Made by a program: the position numbers and the translations under genes | Shown: positions 18,880 to 31,550 of the stretch, one piece after another | Numbering within the stretch: position 1 is the first letter of the stretch | Layout: every line of letters starts with the position of its first letter | DNA from: an uncultured Gemmatimonadales bacterium | GTDB lineage: Bacteria; Gemmatimonadota; Gemmatimonadetes; Gemmatimonadales; GWC2-71-9 | Length of the DNA: 64,000 bases | Direction of reading: 5' to 3' | Assembly (NCBI GenBank): GCA_963798915.1 | Contig: CAWCVB010000005.1 | Location: 281,291-345,290, forward strand | Notes under the pieces: generated by a model | The model's database searches: none | What the model was told of the DNA's origin: nothing | Seen by the model: only the letters and a program-made list of their open reading frames with translations

Positions 18880-19090
18880 GGCGGTCCTCCTTGCACTGAC
18901 GTGCATGAGAAAGGTGCACTCCAATGGTACCTGGGTGGCCATGAAGAGCGGCTGAAGACTTCGCGAAATTTTTCCAGGCCATCGTCGGAAAGCAGGAAGG
19001 TGACGATCCTCACAGTCAGCGGTGGGACGGTAGCCTACCCTGACAGGGCAAGGGCCAAACGGTTGGCCCGAAGGAGGAGGTCGAACAACA

Positions 19091-19564
19091 ATGAAGAGGC
19101 ATTCACATGAAGTGCGCTCGCTGCTCGCGGGGCTGAGCCTTGGTGCGATCGCGATGTATATCCTGGATCCATTGCGGGGCCCGGCCAGGCGTGCACGCGT
19201 GCGGGAGCGTGCCGGCAGCACGCTGCGGAGTGGGCGGCGCGAGTTTCGGCGGCGCGCCGAGGACCTGCGCAACCGCGCGAAGGGCGCGCTGGCGGAAGTG
19301 CGTGGGCGCCTGTCGGAGCATGGCGTGACCGACGAGCAGCTGGTCGCCCGGGTCCGCGCCGAACTCGGTCACCACGTGAGCCATGGCGGACAACTCGAGG
19401 TGAGTGCCCACGATGGAATCGTCACGTTGGGTGGACACGTGTCGGGCCGAGAGGTGCCCGATGTGCTGGCCATGGCGCGAAGGGTTCGCGGAGTCGAACA
19501 GGTTCGGGACGACCTGCAAGTTGCGGACTGGGACGTGGGTGGAAACGTGAAGATCGGCGGTTAG
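19091..19564 (+). CDS. BON-domain protein with N-terminal TM and coiled coil
   Basis: MYILDP.RG..RR, TDEQLVARVRAELG, DGIVTLGG, GVEQVRDDL; AGGAGG RBS. Confidence 0.88.
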   Translation: MKRHSHEVRSLLAGLSLGAIAMYILDPLRGPARRARVRERAGSTLRSGRREFRRRAEDLRNRAKGALAEVRGRLSEHGVTDEQLVARVRAELGHHVSHGGQLEVSAHDGIVTLGGHVSGREVPDVLAMARRVRGVEQVRDDLQVADWDVGGNVKIGG

Positions 19565-19688
19565 GAAGGCGTCTCGCGGAAGGATCTGGCGCGGGTTAAT
19601 GTCGCCGCGCAGGGCGACCGGCTCATGAAAGACGATGCCGCCTACTTGGCCGAGAGGCGGCACGTGCCGAACGACATTCCTCAGCGCG

Positions 19689-20132
19689 TCAGGCGTGCCG
19701 GGCGGAGACCTCGGGCACAGGCGGGCCGTATGTTGCGCCCACCACGGCGCCGTAAACCAGGTGGCCAATCATGCTTCCCATGACGAGCATCCACTGGTTG
19801 GGGGCGTTCGCCGTGAAGAGCCCCATGCCCATCATGGGCATGACCGCGATCTGCGCCAGCAGGAATGGAAAGAGCCCATAGAGGGCGCCACGCATCCACG
19901 GTGCGCCGGGCAGCCGGGAGGCAAAGAGCGCTGCATAAATGATGGCGAACATGGTACCGATCATGAAATGCGCGAGCCACCCGACGGCGGTTGGCACGTT
20001 CATGAATCCGCTCAGCATGGCAGGGATATCCATCTTGATCCCCATAAGACCTGCCATCGTGGTCATCAGGGTCATCGCCGCAGTTCCGATGACACCCGCA
20101 ACAATGGCGCGGGAAAGATTAAACGACTTCAT
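19689..20132 (-). CDS. Met-rich four-TM membrane protein (DUF2938/DUF6789-like)
   Basis: AGVIGTAAMT, GWLAHFMIG, MPMMGMG, GHLVYG; AGGAG RBS. Confidence 0.82.
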   Translation of the reverse strand: MKSFNLSRAIVAGVIGTAAMTLMTTMAGLMGIKMDIPAMLSGFMNVPTAVGWLAHFMIGTMFAIIYAALFASRLPGAPWMRGALYGLFPFLLAQIAVMPMMGMGLFTANAPNQWMLVMGSMIGHLVYGAVVGATYGPPVPEVSARHA

Positions 20133-20275
20133 GAATGTGCTCCTGGCAGGTGGTGTGTGGTGCCTGAAAAGCTGGCGGCGCCGGACGTGTCCGCATCGCG
20201 CCAGTGGGCGACGTGGGGTGAACCGGGCAATGCGGCCACGTTTACTCGCCCAGGGGTAGATGGCGCTCGCCTCCT

Positions 20276-20302
20276 AACCGGATGGCGGATGGATCAGTTC
20301 CC
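20276..20302 (-). promoter_or_regulatory. ECF promoter copy 1 (GGGAACT-N12-ATCCGGTT), facing the Met-rich membrane gene
   Basis: Forward aaccggat-ggcggatggatc-agttccc equals GGAAC-N18-GTT on the minus strand. Confidence 0.8.
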
Positions 20303-20397
20303 GTGACGGTAGCATCGCTCGTGCTCATTCTTGAGTTCGAGAAGGTCTGTCGTACCGTACTATTCGCTCGCAAGCGCATCGCGGTTCGGCGGGGTGA

Positions 20398-20649
20398 TCA
20401 TGCGCCCTCCCCGGCGGCGCCTTCCTGGGCCAGCAGCCGGGCGAACAACTGATGCCGCAGGGCAGGCGAGGCCTGCTCCCGCTCGCGCAGACGTCGCGTG
20501 TACTCGAAGTAGCGCGCTGGATTGTACCTGGGATAACACCGGCTGCAGATGGCAAGGTGCGTCTGCACCGACTTTGAGGTGGCAGCCGTCCAGTGAACAC
20601 GGGCTCGCCAGGCCTCGTCACACGTCACTCCACCAATGCGCATCATCAT
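20398..20649 (-). CDS. Zinc-binding anti-sigma factor (ZAS, zf-HC2; RsrA/RshA-like), probably with indel errors
   Basis: TCDEA...HLAICSRC (HxxxCxxC), SPALRHQL; start overlaps the sigma stop. Confidence 0.8.
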   Translation of the reverse strand: MMMRIGGVTCDEAWRARVHWTAATSKSVQTHLAICSRCYPRYNPARYFEYTRRLREREQASPALRHQLFARLLAQEGAAGEGA

Positions 20650-21350
20650 GGCTGTGTATCCTCGTGCACGTAACCGGATCGGACCGCAAAGTCCCGCAGC
20701 TGATCCTGCAACAGTCGCCGGGCCCGGAAGAGGCGGCTCTTGACCGTACCAATCGGAATGGTGAGTACTTCGGCAATCTCCTCGTAGCTCAGATCGCCCA
20801 CGTCGCTCAGTACGAGCACCTCGCGAAAATCGTCGGAAAGACCGTCGATTGCCTGGACTACCTCGTCGTCGATGAGATCGTCGAAGTCGTCCGGAGACGC
20901 GCCGGGCGCCGCGTTCGGAAGCGCGCTCGCGGCGGAGAGGTCTTCGACACGAGCGTCGAGATCCGATGCCGGCCGTTCCCGCTGGTTGCGAATCCGCTCC
21001 CGCTCGTGCAGATACGTGTTGCGGCAGATCGTGAAGAGCCACGACTTGCAATTGCTTCCCCGCTGAAACGTGTGCCAGAAGCGATGCGCCCGGAGAAAGG
21101 TGTCCTGGGTCAGGTCATCGGCCGCGTCCTGGTTCCCCTGGGCCAACCGGAGCGAGAAATGGTGGACGGCGTTGAGCCACGGAAGCGCCTCCTCGGCAAA
21201 GCCTTCCGCTGCAAGAGCTGGCTCGTCTCCTAGCGGCGCGATTGGCGTTTCGCGGGGACGTCCCGGCGCCACGTCCAGATGGCGCGGCCGCTTGGCCAGC
21301 ACCGCCCATGCTGTCTGGACGCGATCCCACAGTGCGTCTCTGCCACCCAT
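20646..21350 (-). CDS. ECF RNA polymerase sigma factor (SigR/SigH-like)
   Basis: ADDLTQDTFLRA, GSNCKSWLFTICRN, LSYEEIAEVLTIPIGTVKSRLFRAR. Start uncertain (21350 or 21401). Confidence 0.93.
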   Translation of the reverse strand: MGGRDALWDRVQTAWAVLAKRPRHLDVAPGRPRETPIAPLGDEPALAAEGFAEEALPWLNAVHHFSLRLAQGNQDAADDLTQDTFLRAHRFWHTFQRGSNCKSWLFTICRNTYLHERERIRNQRERPASDLDARVEDLSAASALPNAAPGASPDDFDDLIDDEVVQAIDGLSDDFREVLVLSDVGDLSYEEIAEVLTIPIGTVKSRLFRARRLLQDQLRDFAVRSGYVHEDTQP

Positions 21351-21410
21351 GTGCGCTGACCCTTTCGCATCGTGTCCCGCGTGGCCGCATGATTGAGGCA
21401 TTCCCGCCCG

Positions 21411-21437
21411 AACCGGATTCCGGTCTCGCAAGTTCCC
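21411..21437 (-). promoter_or_regulatory. ECF promoter copy 2, facing sigma/anti-sigma (autoregulation)
   Basis: Minus strand GGGAACT-tgcgagaccgga-ATCCGGTT. Confidence 0.8.
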
Positions 21438-21448
21438 AGACTCAACCA

Positions 21449-21475
21449 GGGAACTCGACCTCCGCACATCCGGTT
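21449..21475 (+). promoter_or_regulatory. ECF promoter copy 3, facing the secreted protein and cupredoxin
   Basis: GGGAACT-cgacctccgcac-ATCCGGTT. Confidence 0.8.
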
Positions 21476-21509
21476 GGCGTCATACACTTTTCCTCTTTGT
21501 GGAGATCGC

Positions 21510-22448
21510 ATGCGACGCCAGTGGATGGTACCCTCATTGCTCTGTGTCCTGCTTCCCTCTCTCCTGGCCGGGCAAGGGATGGCTCCGGCCGGTTCGATTC
21601 CCTATCAGGGCTATCTGAAGTCCCACAGCGACGTGTCCCGGCCGCTTGGCCTGCTGGGCGGACCAGTCGATGTGACCGTCAAGCAATCTTCCGGCGGCGT
21701 ATTCGTGGCACTGCCCGATCGCCGCGCGCTGGACGAGGCGGTGTTCGGGACGCCGGCCGCCCCCCGCGCATTCGCGGGTACGCCGGTCATGACCGGTCTG
21801 CCAGTGGCCATGCGGGACTCGGCCGACGCTCGCTTCACCACGGCGAAACCACTGACGCCGTTTGGTGACAAGAACATGGTGCTGGGCAACGGGACGCTTA
21901 CCCTCACCTTGCATGATGCAACGGCGACCGACGCGGCCAAGTCCGAAGACCGGGTCCAATTCGACGCCACCTGGAAGGACAAGGACGGCAACACCTATGA
22001 AGTGCGTTGTTGCCAGATGCTCGCGACTCACGGTCTGGAGTATCCCACGTTTGGTGGAGTGGCGACCAACACGCTGCTGCATGGGTCCACCCGAATCGGT
22101 ACACCGCTGATGCCAACGGAATTCACCTACGCGGCCTTCTGGGGGATGGGCGCGGTGCTGAAGAATGGCAAAGTGGTGGACCAGCCCCGGCTCATTCACG
22201 GGATGTTGACCGAGTACGTGCGCACCGAAGGATATGCGCTGGCTGCGGATAGCGCGGTCGGGCCTACCCGACTGCATTTCCACCTGATGGTGCCACCGAT
22301 GATGCCCGACATGGCGACGGGGAAATTCGCGATGAGCCCGGTGAAGACCGGTTTCTCGCTCCCCAACGGCATGGAGCTCCCGTTCTGGCACGTGATGTTC
22401 GAAAATCTTGCGGTGACGGGCCAGCGCGCCGGCACCAGCGGGCGGTGA
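21510..22448 (+). CDS. Uncharacterised secreted protein rich in His/Met with vicinal Cys-Cys; putative metalloprotein
   Basis: Signal peptide; EVRCCQML, THG, LHGSTRIGTPLMP, IHGM, HFHLM, WHVMF; GGAG RBS. Confidence 0.85.
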   Translation: MRRQWMVPSLLCVLLPSLLAGQGMAPAGSIPYQGYLKSHSDVSRPLGLLGGPVDVTVKQSSGGVFVALPDRRALDEAVFGTPAAPRAFAGTPVMTGLPVAMRDSADARFTTAKPLTPFGDKNMVLGNGTLTLTLHDATATDAAKSEDRVQFDATWKDKDGNTYEVRCCQMLATHGLEYPTFGGVATNTLLHGSTRIGTPLMPTEFTYAAFWGMGAVLKNGKVVDQPRLIHGMLTEYVRTEGYALAADSAVGPTRLHFHLMVPPMMPDMATGKFAMSPVKTGFSLPNGMELPFWHVMFENLAVTGQRAGTSGR

Positions 22449-22451
22449 CCG

Positions 22452-22837
22452 ATGCGGCTGCTTGCTCCGACTCTCGCGGGTCTGGTGCTTGCCGTCGGTG
22501 GCGTGCGGGATCAGTTGCGCTAGCGACGGGACGACGGTGGTATGGGCCGATACGGCAGGGTGGAACTGACCAACACCCTGACATACACGCCAGACACCGT
22601 GCGAATCGTTGCCGGTGGGACGGTGATGTGGAAGAACGGATCGCTGCTCGTTCACACGGTCACCGATGATTCGGGGAAGGCGACCGTGCCGGGTTCGGCC
22701 GGGTTGCCGTCCGGCGCCAGGCCTTCGATTCAGGGAACCTTGAGCCGGGAGGCACTCGACACATAAGATAGGGCGTTATTACTACTCTGATGCATGAAAG
22801 AGCAGGATGCGGGGCGTGTCATCGTGAGGCTGGATGA
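22452..22837 (+). pseudogene. Plastocyanin/cupredoxin-family protein, multiply frameshifted (sequencing error or decay)
   Basis: MRLLAPTLAGL signal; LTYTPDTVRI.AGGTVMWKN...HTVT. Pieces FDSGNLEPGG, GRYYY, MHE, GM, GRVIVR lie in shifting frames. Confidence 0.75.
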
Positions 22838-22981
22838 CTCGTGTGAGTGGGCAGAAGAAAGGGTGAAGTCATGGAACATCAACGCAGAACGAATCTCGTT
22901 GGTGTTGGGTTGGTAATTGGGGTAGGTCAGTGACGGAGAATGGTCTGGGAGGAGAAAAGAGGGTCGGATGAGAGGGGCGCG

Positions 22982-25231
22982 CTACTTGAGGCCGATACGC
23001 TTGACCAGGTCGGCGAACCGCGGATCCCCTCGCAGCGGCAAGTAGCCGGGATCGAGGTGGAGATAGATGAGGCCCGCCGAACGTGCCTGATACGCCCGCT
23101 CCAGGGAGGCGAAGGCCCGGTCCAAATCGCCAATCGCTGCGTGGCCCATCGCAAGAATCTCCGAGCGCATGTACTGCTGGCGCGAGGCCTCCTCCAGCCG
23201 GGCCATGATTGCTTCGGCCTCGTCCCGCTGCCCCAGTGCCGCCAGCGCCCGGACAATCATCGCATCGTAGGCCCGCACCGACTTCTCCATCGCCTGAGCC
23301 CGGCGGAACCAGCTCAGCGACTCCTCCAGCTCGCCCTTTTGCAGGTAAGCCGCGCCAATGTAGTGCGGCGCCCGAAGCCAGACTTCATCCATCTCCAGCG
23401 CCCGATGACCCTGCGCGATGGCGGCGTCGTAGTCACCGGCGTACATCAGGAATCGGGATAGCCACTCGCAGTAGTGCACCGAGAGCGGATCCAGCTTGAG
23501 CGCCTTGGCCATGGTATCGATGGCATCATGCAGCCGGCCCACCAGCGGCAGGGCCGTCCCGTGCACATAATGCGCTTCGGCGTAGCTCGGACTCAACTCG
23601 ACCGCACGCGCCAGCTGGGCCTCCGCACCGGCGAAGTCCCACTCGTGCCAGCAGAGCACCTTGCCGATCGAGGTAATGGCCTCCGCCAGCTCGGGATCGC
23701 GCTGCAGCGCCCGCTCGGCGGCCGCCTTGGCGCGGGGATAGGCATCATCCGGCGCCACCCAGTCGTCGGCCAGGTTGCACCAGACGTCGGCAACGCCAGC
23801 GTAGGCGCGCGCCAAGCCGGGGTCACGGAGCAGGGCGTGCTCGAACAGGTCGAGGGCCTTCCGCAGTGCCGGCTCCGACAGCTTGGCAAAGAAGAAGCGG
23901 CCCTTCAGGTATTGGGTGTATGCTTCCAGGTCCTTGGTGGGCGGTACCACCTGGGCGGTGCCGTCGCTGAGCCGCAGTTTGAGTGCATCCACGATGGCAT
24001 GCGAGATTTCGTCCTGCACCGCAAAGACGTCTTCGAGCTGCCGGTCGTAGGTCTCGCCCCAGAGCTGATAGCCGTTCTCCACGCTCACAAGCTGTGCCGT
24101 GATGCGGATGCGGTTGCCGACCTTCCGCACGCTTCCCTCGAGCACCGAACCCACGCCCAGCTTCTCGCCGATCTGGCGGATGTCCACTTCCTTGCCCTTG
24201 AATGCGAACGAGCTGGTGCGTGAGGCGACCTGCGTGCCTGGCACCTTGGAGAGCGCGTTGATGATCTCCTCGGTCATACCGTCCGCGAAATATTCGTTCT
24301 CCGGGTCTGCGCTCATGTTGGCCATGGGCAGCACGGCAATGGCGCGCAGGTCTACGCGCGGTTGCGCGGCGGTCACGCCACGCTCGCCACTGTCTGAGTC
24401 TCGATTGATGCTGAGGAGCGCGGCGGCAAAATCGGCGGCGGAAGGGAAACGGTCTGCCGGCGTCCGGGCCAGCGCCCGGCTCACGGCGGCATCCACGCCC
24501 GCTGGCACGTCGCGCGTGGTCTGCACCCGGGGCACCGGCGAAACGAACCGCTTGGCGATGATCGCCTGGGGCGAGACCCCGGTGAAGGGCGGCTCGCCGG
24601 TGAGCATCTCGTAGAGCACGCAGCCAAGCGAGTAGAGGTCACTGCGCCCATCAGTGCTGATGTCGCCCGCCGCCTGCTCGGGACTCATGTAGGCCGGGGT
24701 GCCGAGGGAGAGCCCGGTCTGGGTGAGCGACGCGCTCTGCGCCGAAAGTGCCTTGCCAATCCCGAAGTCCGCCACCATGGCCGAGCCTTCGTGAAGCAGG
24801 ATGTTTTCCGGCTTGATGTCGCGATGCACGACGTGGTGGCGGTGGGCATAATCGAGCGCCGAGGCCACTTCCCGTGTGATGCGGAGGGCTTCACTCAGGG
24901 AAAGCTGGCGCTCCCGTTCGAGCCGTTCCCGAAGCGAGCGGCCTTCCATGCTCGGCATCACATAGTAGAGCAGCCCGCCGGCCTCGCCCGAGTCGAACAC
25001 CGGCAAGATGTGTGCGTGCGTGAGGCCGGCGGCGAGCTTGATTTCCCGCAGGAACCGGTCGGCGCCCATGGCGGCGGAGATGTCGGGCCGCAGGACCTTG
25101 AGCGCCACGTCCCGGTCGTGCCTCAGGTCGTGGGCCAGGTAGACGGTGGCCATGCCACCCTGGCCGAGCTCGCGAGCCAGGGTGTAGCGGTCGGCCAAGC
25201 CCTCTGCGAGCCGGTCACGGATGTCGTTCAT
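22982..25231 (-). CDS. Hanks-type Ser/Thr kinase with TolB-like and TPR domains
   Basis: LGQGGMATV, VALK, HRDIKPEN, DFG, GTPAYMSPE; IAVLPM...EYFADGMTEEII; TPR repeats. Confidence 0.95.
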   Translation of the reverse strand: MNDIRDRLAEGLADRYTLARELGQGGMATVYLAHDLRHDRDVALKVLRPDISAAMGADRFLREIKLAAGLTHAHILPVFDSGEAGGLLYYVMPSMEGRSLRERLERERQLSLSEALRITREVASALDYAHRHHVVHRDIKPENILLHEGSAMVADFGIGKALSAQSASLTQTGLSLGTPAYMSPEQAAGDISTDGRSDLYSLGCVLYEMLTGEPPFTGVSPQAIIAKRFVSPVPRVQTTRDVPAGVDAAVSRALARTPADRFPSAADFAAALLSINRDSDSGERGVTAAQPRVDLRAIAVLPMANMSADPENEYFADGMTEEIINALSKVPGTQVASRTSSFAFKGKEVDIRQIGEKLGVGSVLEGSVRKVGNRIRITAQLVSVENGYQLWGETYDRQLEDVFAVQDEISHAIVDALKLRLSDGTAQVVPPTKDLEAYTQYLKGRFFFAKLSEPALRKALDLFEHALLRDPGLARAYAGVADVWCNLADDWVAPDDAYPRAKAAAERALQRDPELAEAITSIGKVLCWHEWDFAGAEAQLARAVELSPSYAEAHYVHGTALPLVGRLHDAIDTMAKALKLDPLSVHYCEWLSRFLMYAGDYDAAIAQGHRALEMDEVWLRAPHYIGAAYLQKGELEESLSWFRRAQAMEKSVRAYDAMIVRALAALGQRDEAEAIMARLEEASRQQYMRSEILAMGHAAIGDLDRAFASLERAYQARSAGLIYLHLDPGYLPLRGDPRFADLVKRIGLK

Positions 25232-25333
25232 GGACAGGTAATATGCGCTACGGCGGCAAAAGCGCGAGCGGCAACCGCTGCGGCACCTGCCGAAGCGAGG
25301 CCGCCGACGGGTGCTGTGCCTCCCCCGGCGCGC

Positions 25334-25657
25334 TCATCGTGACGTCAGCAGGCGCTGCTGCGCCTTCAATTCCCGCTTCATGCGCCCGCACATGAGGTCG
25401 CAAAGCCGGAAGATGTCCTTGTCCGCCAGCGTGTAATACGCATGGAGGCCATCCTTCCGCCGAGTGACGAACCCGAGCCGAAGAAGGAGTTGCAGGTGCT
25501 TGGACACATTGGCCTGGGTCAGGCCGGTCTCCTGCACCAGGCTGGAGACACTTGCCTCGCCCGTCCGCAGGCACTGGAGCAGCTGCAGACGGGCTGGTTC
25601 GGCCAGTGCCTTGAATCGCTCAGCCACGCCGGCCATCAATTCGGGGGACAGCTTCAT
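25334..25657 (-). CDS. ArsR/SmtB-family regulator with Cys in alpha2 and CxxxC in alpha5
   Basis: FKALAEPARLQLLQCL, QANVSKHL, RRKDG, RLCDLMC; GGAGG RBS. Confidence 0.92.
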   Translation of the reverse strand: MKLSPELMAGVAERFKALAEPARLQLLQCLRTGEASVSSLVQETGLTQANVSKHLQLLLRLGFVTRRKDGLHAYYTLADKDIFRLCDLMCGRMKRELKAQQRLLTSR

Positions 25658-25847
25658 GAGTGTCGCTCGCCTCCTGGGGACTATGCCTCCGGTGCCCGAC
25701 CAGGCGCACGGATCGCCGCGCATGATTCGGGTGGCGGAGTCTGAACGGAGCTTCATCCAGTCCTCATTCCCGGTGCAGTTCCACACCATCATTATCACCT
25801 GAGCGGACTTCGGGCCACAGCTGTCGCCGATCGGACCCGCCGTGGCA

Positions 25848-25877
25848 TTGTAAAGATAACTATATGGTTGTATAGTT
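25848..25877 (+). promoter_or_regulatory. Sigma70 promoter overlapped by inverted repeat AACTATA-N6-TATAGTT (probable ArsR operator)
   Basis: TTGTAA (25848) - 17 bp - TATAGT (25871); inverted repeat at 25858-25877. Confidence 0.72.
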
Positions 25878-25920
25878 GTGCAAGGACCCCGGATGGGCCG
25901 GGGTCGACTGGACCGGGTGA

Positions 25921-27288
25921 ATGACCGTGTTGGTGATGCGATTCGCGACTATCTCCTTGCTGGCCGTCGCCGCCTGGTCCCGGGCGCTGCCGGCCCAGGA
26001 ACTCTCCCTTGCGGAGGCACTCCGCCGGGCCGAGCACGGCGCCTACGCCAACCGGATCGCCGGTGCGCAGGCCCGCGCTGAGGCGGCGCGCGCCGCCGAG
26101 ACGCTGCGAGGCGTGCTCCCGAGTGTTCGGCTCGAGGGCGGCTACATCCGCACTACCGAACCCCTGTCGGCGTTCGGCTTCCTGCTGCGGCAGCGCGCGG
26201 TCACCGCGGACGCGTTCGAGCCAGCCCGGCTCAATGACCCGGCGGCCATCGGCAACCTGGGCTCCGCGCTGGTGGTCGAGCAGCCGATCTTCAATGCTGA
26301 TGCATTGCTCGGGCGCCGCGCGGCGGCTCGCGGGAGCGCGGCGGCGCGCGCGTCGGAAGAATGGACCCGCAGCGGGACACGCCTCGACGTCGTGCGCGCC
26401 TACTATGGCGCCGTGCTCGCCGCGGAACAGATCGGCACACTGGACAGCGCGGCGCGTGCGGCTGCGGCCCACGCCCGGGCCGCGGAGTCGCTGCACCGCA
26501 ATGGCCTCGTCACCAGATCGGACGCGCTGCTCGCGTCGGTGCGGGCGGGCGAGGTCGATCTTCAGCTCCTCGCCGCCCGGCGGGCGGCCGCGCTTTCGCA
26601 TGCTCGGCTCGCCGTGTTGCTCGGCGCTCCGGCCGATACCGGCTTTGTGCTCCCGGCCCAGCTCCCCGATACCGCGGCGATCGCCCGACTGGCCGAAGCG
26701 GGTGACTCCGGCGTCCTGACCGATCGCGCGGACGTGCGTGCAGCGGATCTGTCGGTTGCCGCCGCGGCCGCCGACCAGCAGCGCGCCACCGCACTCTTCC
26801 TGCCCCGGGTGAATTCATTCGGCCGGCTCGAATGGAACTCAAGTGGCTCGATCTTTGGCGGAACTGAAGCGTGGACCGCCGGTGTGATCCTGACCTGGTC
26901 GCCGTTCAGCGGCGGCGCCGAGCTGGGCGAGCGCCGGGCTGCCACGGCCCGCCGGGGAGCCGCGGAGGCGGCGGCGGAAGCGGCGCTGGCTCAGGGGCAG
27001 CTGGAGCGTCAGGAGGCAGCGAACGCGCTGGCGGTCGCGCAGGCGCGCATGGCCATCACCGGCCGTGCGGTGGGCCAGAGCAGTGAGGCTCATCGCATTG
27101 TTGCACGGAGGTATGAAGCCGGCCTGGTGAGCGTGGTGGAGCTCTTCGGAGCGGCTGCAGAAGAGACCGCTGTGCGCCTTGGCTTCGCCGAGGCGCGCTA
27201 TCAGGCAATCGTGGCCCTTGCCGAGGGCCGGCGCGCCTCCGGTCGCAGCCTTGAGGTACTGACCAGTCTCGACTCAATGGAGCGGTAG
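25921..27288 (+). CDS. TolC-family outer membrane protein
   Basis: Signal peptide; LSLAEAL, LPSVRL, VVRAYY, RYEAGLVSVVEL. Confidence 0.9.
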   Translation: MTVLVMRFATISLLAVAAWSRALPAQELSLAEALRRAEHGAYANRIAGAQARAEAARAAETLRGVLPSVRLEGGYIRTTEPLSAFGFLLRQRAVTADAFEPARLNDPAAIGNLGSALVVEQPIFNADALLGRRAAARGSAAARASEEWTRSGTRLDVVRAYYGAVLAAEQIGTLDSAARAAAAHARAAESLHRNGLVTRSDALLASVRAGEVDLQLLAARRAAALSHARLAVLLGAPADTGFVLPAQLPDTAAIARLAEAGDSGVLTDRADVRAADLSVAAAAADQQRATALFLPRVNSFGRLEWNSSGSIFGGTEAWTAGVILTWSPFSGGAELGERRAATARRGAAEAAAEAALAQGQLERQEAANALAVAQARMAITGRAVGQSSEAHRIVARRYEAGLVSVVELFGAAAEETAVRLGFAEARYQAIVALAEGRRASGRSLEVLTSLDSMER

Positions 27289-27289
27289 G

Positions 27290-28342
27290 ATGCGGAGGAA
27301 GACCAAAGGCGCCCCCTGGCAGTTGGTGCTCGCGAGCATGACGACAGTCCTGCTGGTGGCCTGCGGCAAGGCGCCGGCGCCGGAGCGGGCTGAGCTCGGG
27401 GCGACGCTGCCGGCCGGCCGCATGGTCGAAGTGCGGGACACCACGATCGCCGCCATCCTCGATGCACCCGGCACCGCGGAGCCGATGCAGCGGGCAACCA
27501 TGAGCACCAAGCTCATGGGGACGGTGATGGCTGTGCTGGTGCGTGAGGGTGAGATGGTGAGCACTGGCCAGTTGCTCGCCCGTATCGATGCCCGGGATCT
27601 CCAGGCGAAGCGGGCCCAGGTCCAGGCGGGCCTGGCCGAGGCCGAAGCGGTGCAGCGCGATGCGGCCACGCAGGCGCAACGCTTTCGGGCACTCTACGCC
27701 GACAGCGCCGCGACGCAGGCGCAGCTCGATGCGGTGGAAACCGGACTCGCGCGCGCGGATGCGGGAGTCCGGAGCGCCCATGCCGCCGCCGCCGAGCTGG
27801 ACGCCACGCGAGCGTATGCGGAGGTACGGGCTCCGTTCCGTGGAATCGTGACCAAACGGTTCATGGATCCCGGAGCCTTTGCGGCCCCGGGTGCGCCCAT
27901 CGTGACGGTGGAGGACGGATCGCGCCTGCGGATCTCGGTGATGGTGGCGCCATCCAGTGCGACCGCGCTGCGCCGAGGAATGCGGCTGGCCGGGACGGTG
28001 GAGCGAATGCCAGTGGAAGCCATAGTTGAGGGAGTGGCGCCCTCATCGGCGGGCGGTGTCTACACCGTGAATGCGATCGTCGAGAACCGGCGCGGGGTGT
28101 ATCCCATCGGGGGTGCCGCAACGCTCAGCGTGCCGCAGGGCAGCCGGTCCGGCCTTCTGGTTCCGGTCGATGCCATCGTGCGCGAAGGCGACCTCACCGG
28201 CGTACGGGTGCAGTCGGGCGCTGGCACTGAACTCCGCTGGGTTCGGCTGGGCAGGCCCACCGGTGAGATGGTGGAGGCGCTCTCCGGATTGCGCAATGGC
28301 GACCGGGTCTTCGTGCCGGCGTCACTCGAAGGCAGGCACTGA
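27290..28342 (+). CDS. RND periplasmic adaptor (MFP) lipoprotein
   Basis: LVAC lipobox; VREGEMV, VRAPFRGIV, SGLRNGDRV. Confidence 0.92.
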   Translation: MRRKTKGAPWQLVLASMTTVLLVACGKAPAPERAELGATLPAGRMVEVRDTTIAAILDAPGTAEPMQRATMSTKLMGTVMAVLVREGEMVSTGQLLARIDARDLQAKRAQVQAGLAEAEAVQRDAATQAQRFRALYADSAATQAQLDAVETGLARADAGVRSAHAAAAELDATRAYAEVRAPFRGIVTKRFMDPGAFAAPGAPIVTVEDGSRLRISVMVAPSSATALRRGMRLAGTVERMPVEAIVEGVAPSSAGGVYTVNAIVENRRGVYPIGGAATLSVPQGSRSGLLVPVDAIVREGDLTGVRVQSGAGTELRWVRLGRPTGEMVEALSGLRNGDRVFVPASLEGRH

Positions 28343-28344
28343 GC

Positions 28345-31539
<3,195 letters not shown>

Positions 31540-31550
31540 GGGCAGGCGGA

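Noticed and set aside
20672..20695. Fourth ECF-promoter-like match (ATCCGGTT with GGGAC) inside the sigma gene
   Set aside because: The -35 element differs, the spacing is about 2 nt short, and it lies in coding sequence.
22982..25231. Ser/Thr kinase-TPR protein as a defence system or part of the ECF module
   Set aside because: A common stand-alone architecture in this lineage; convergent to the module, lacking the ECF promoter motif and any defence partner genes.
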